Positions 63,501 through 64,000 of a stretch of 64,000 bases of DNA are shown in pieces. Position 1 is the first letter of the stretch. Every line of letters starts with the position of its first letter. Position numbers and translations under genes: made by a program. The notes below the pieces were generated by a model. The model was given only the letters and a program-made list of their open reading frames with translations, had not been told where the DNA came from and made no database searches. This DNA is from Guillardia theta CCMP2712 (lineage: Eukaryota; Protista; Cryptophyta): positions 45,116 to 109,115 of the forward strand of contig NW_005434509.1 in NCBI RefSeq assembly GCF_000315625.1, given 5' to 3'.

Positions 63501-63817
63501 GGAAGAGCGACGAAGAGGCAGCGGCGGCGGCGGCGAGGAAGGCAGAGGAGGCGGCGAGCGCGGCGCAGGAGGATGGGGAGAAGAGGAAGGAGGAGGGAGA
63601 GAAGGAGGAGGAGGAGGGAGGAAAAGAAGAAGGGAAGGGGAAGGAGGCAGAACTCAATCTCATAGCAGAGCTGAGCGTCGCACAGTTTGAGTCTTACAGG
63701 AAGCAGATGCTGAAGAGATCGCCGCCCGAGCCTGAGGAGCTTGCGGAAGGGATGGCAGCGGAGATGGAGGGAGCCAAGGCGGCGAAGAGAAGCGAGAAAG
63801 ATTCTCCTCGAGGATGA
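57593..63817 (+). CDS. SIN3: Sin3 paired amphipathic helix transcriptional co-repressor (HDAC scaffold)
   Basis: PAH1 [37 protein letters not shown]|..[20 protein letters not shown]; PAH2 [21 protein letters not shown]|[10 protein letters not shown]..|[20 protein letters not shown]; degenerate PAH3. HDAC-interaction domain SYRKLPK|..CSSR..VLNDDW|[16 protein letters not shown]|[18 protein letters not shown]..|[18 protein letters not shown]. Sin3 C-terminal [17 protein letters not shown] and [17 protein letters not shown]. About 19 short introns, then a long last exon from 61214. Confidence 0.93.
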
Positions 63818-63862
63818 TGTAGCGCGCGAAGACTCTGGGCTCTTAGGAACGCTTCCTCATGT

Positions 63863-63899
<37 letters not shown>

Positions 63900-63958
63900 A
63901 GGCTTCTTCGAGCTGTTCGATTAATTTTCTATAAACACGAGGAGGAGGACGTCGAACT

Positions 63959-64000
63959 TCAGCCGCAGCACCTCGAGCGGTTGGACGTGGACTGACTGAA
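63959..64000 (-). CDS. Possible 3' end of a convergent gene ending ..FSQSTSNRSRCCG*
   Basis: The minus-strand frame from 64000 ends in CCG-stop, a Rab-type double-Cys prenylation-like tail; only 13 codons are visible. Confidence 0.25.
   Translation of the reverse strand, partial: FSQSTSNRSRCCG

Overview
This is a eukaryotic, gene-dense window from a draft assembly with four 100-N gaps. It has short (about 40-60 nt) GT-AG introns and abundant (CCTGCY)n, (GAG)n and (CTG)n microsatellites; the style suggests a cryptophyte alga such as Guillardia or Hanusia, which is inference only. About 60% of the window is one giant + strand gene (5230-~43605). After splicing five short 5' introns and one 3' intron and bridging a single -1 frame break near 29562-29570, it encodes a ~12,660-aa secreted protein. 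That protein is built from roughly 80 tandem Ig-like/beta-sandwich repeats, with SEA-like inserts, an RRLL processing motif, Cys-rich inserts and a patchwork near-identical internal duplication. Downstream lie U1 snRNP protein C (8 exons), an AT-hook protein (-), a PDZ/coiled-coil/PDZ protein (+), a small SAP/ARMET_C-like protein (-), Sin3 (+, ~19 introns) and possibly the 3' tail of a CC-terminated protein (-). Genes are mostly arranged head-to-head. Every promoter-side intergenic region carries a non-coding island (strand-skewed GGGTA/TACCC sequence, often fused to a GC-rich CCGG/GAGTC/GATC block), and convergent junctions lack these islands. No tRNA, rRNA, CRISPR array or transposase was recognised.
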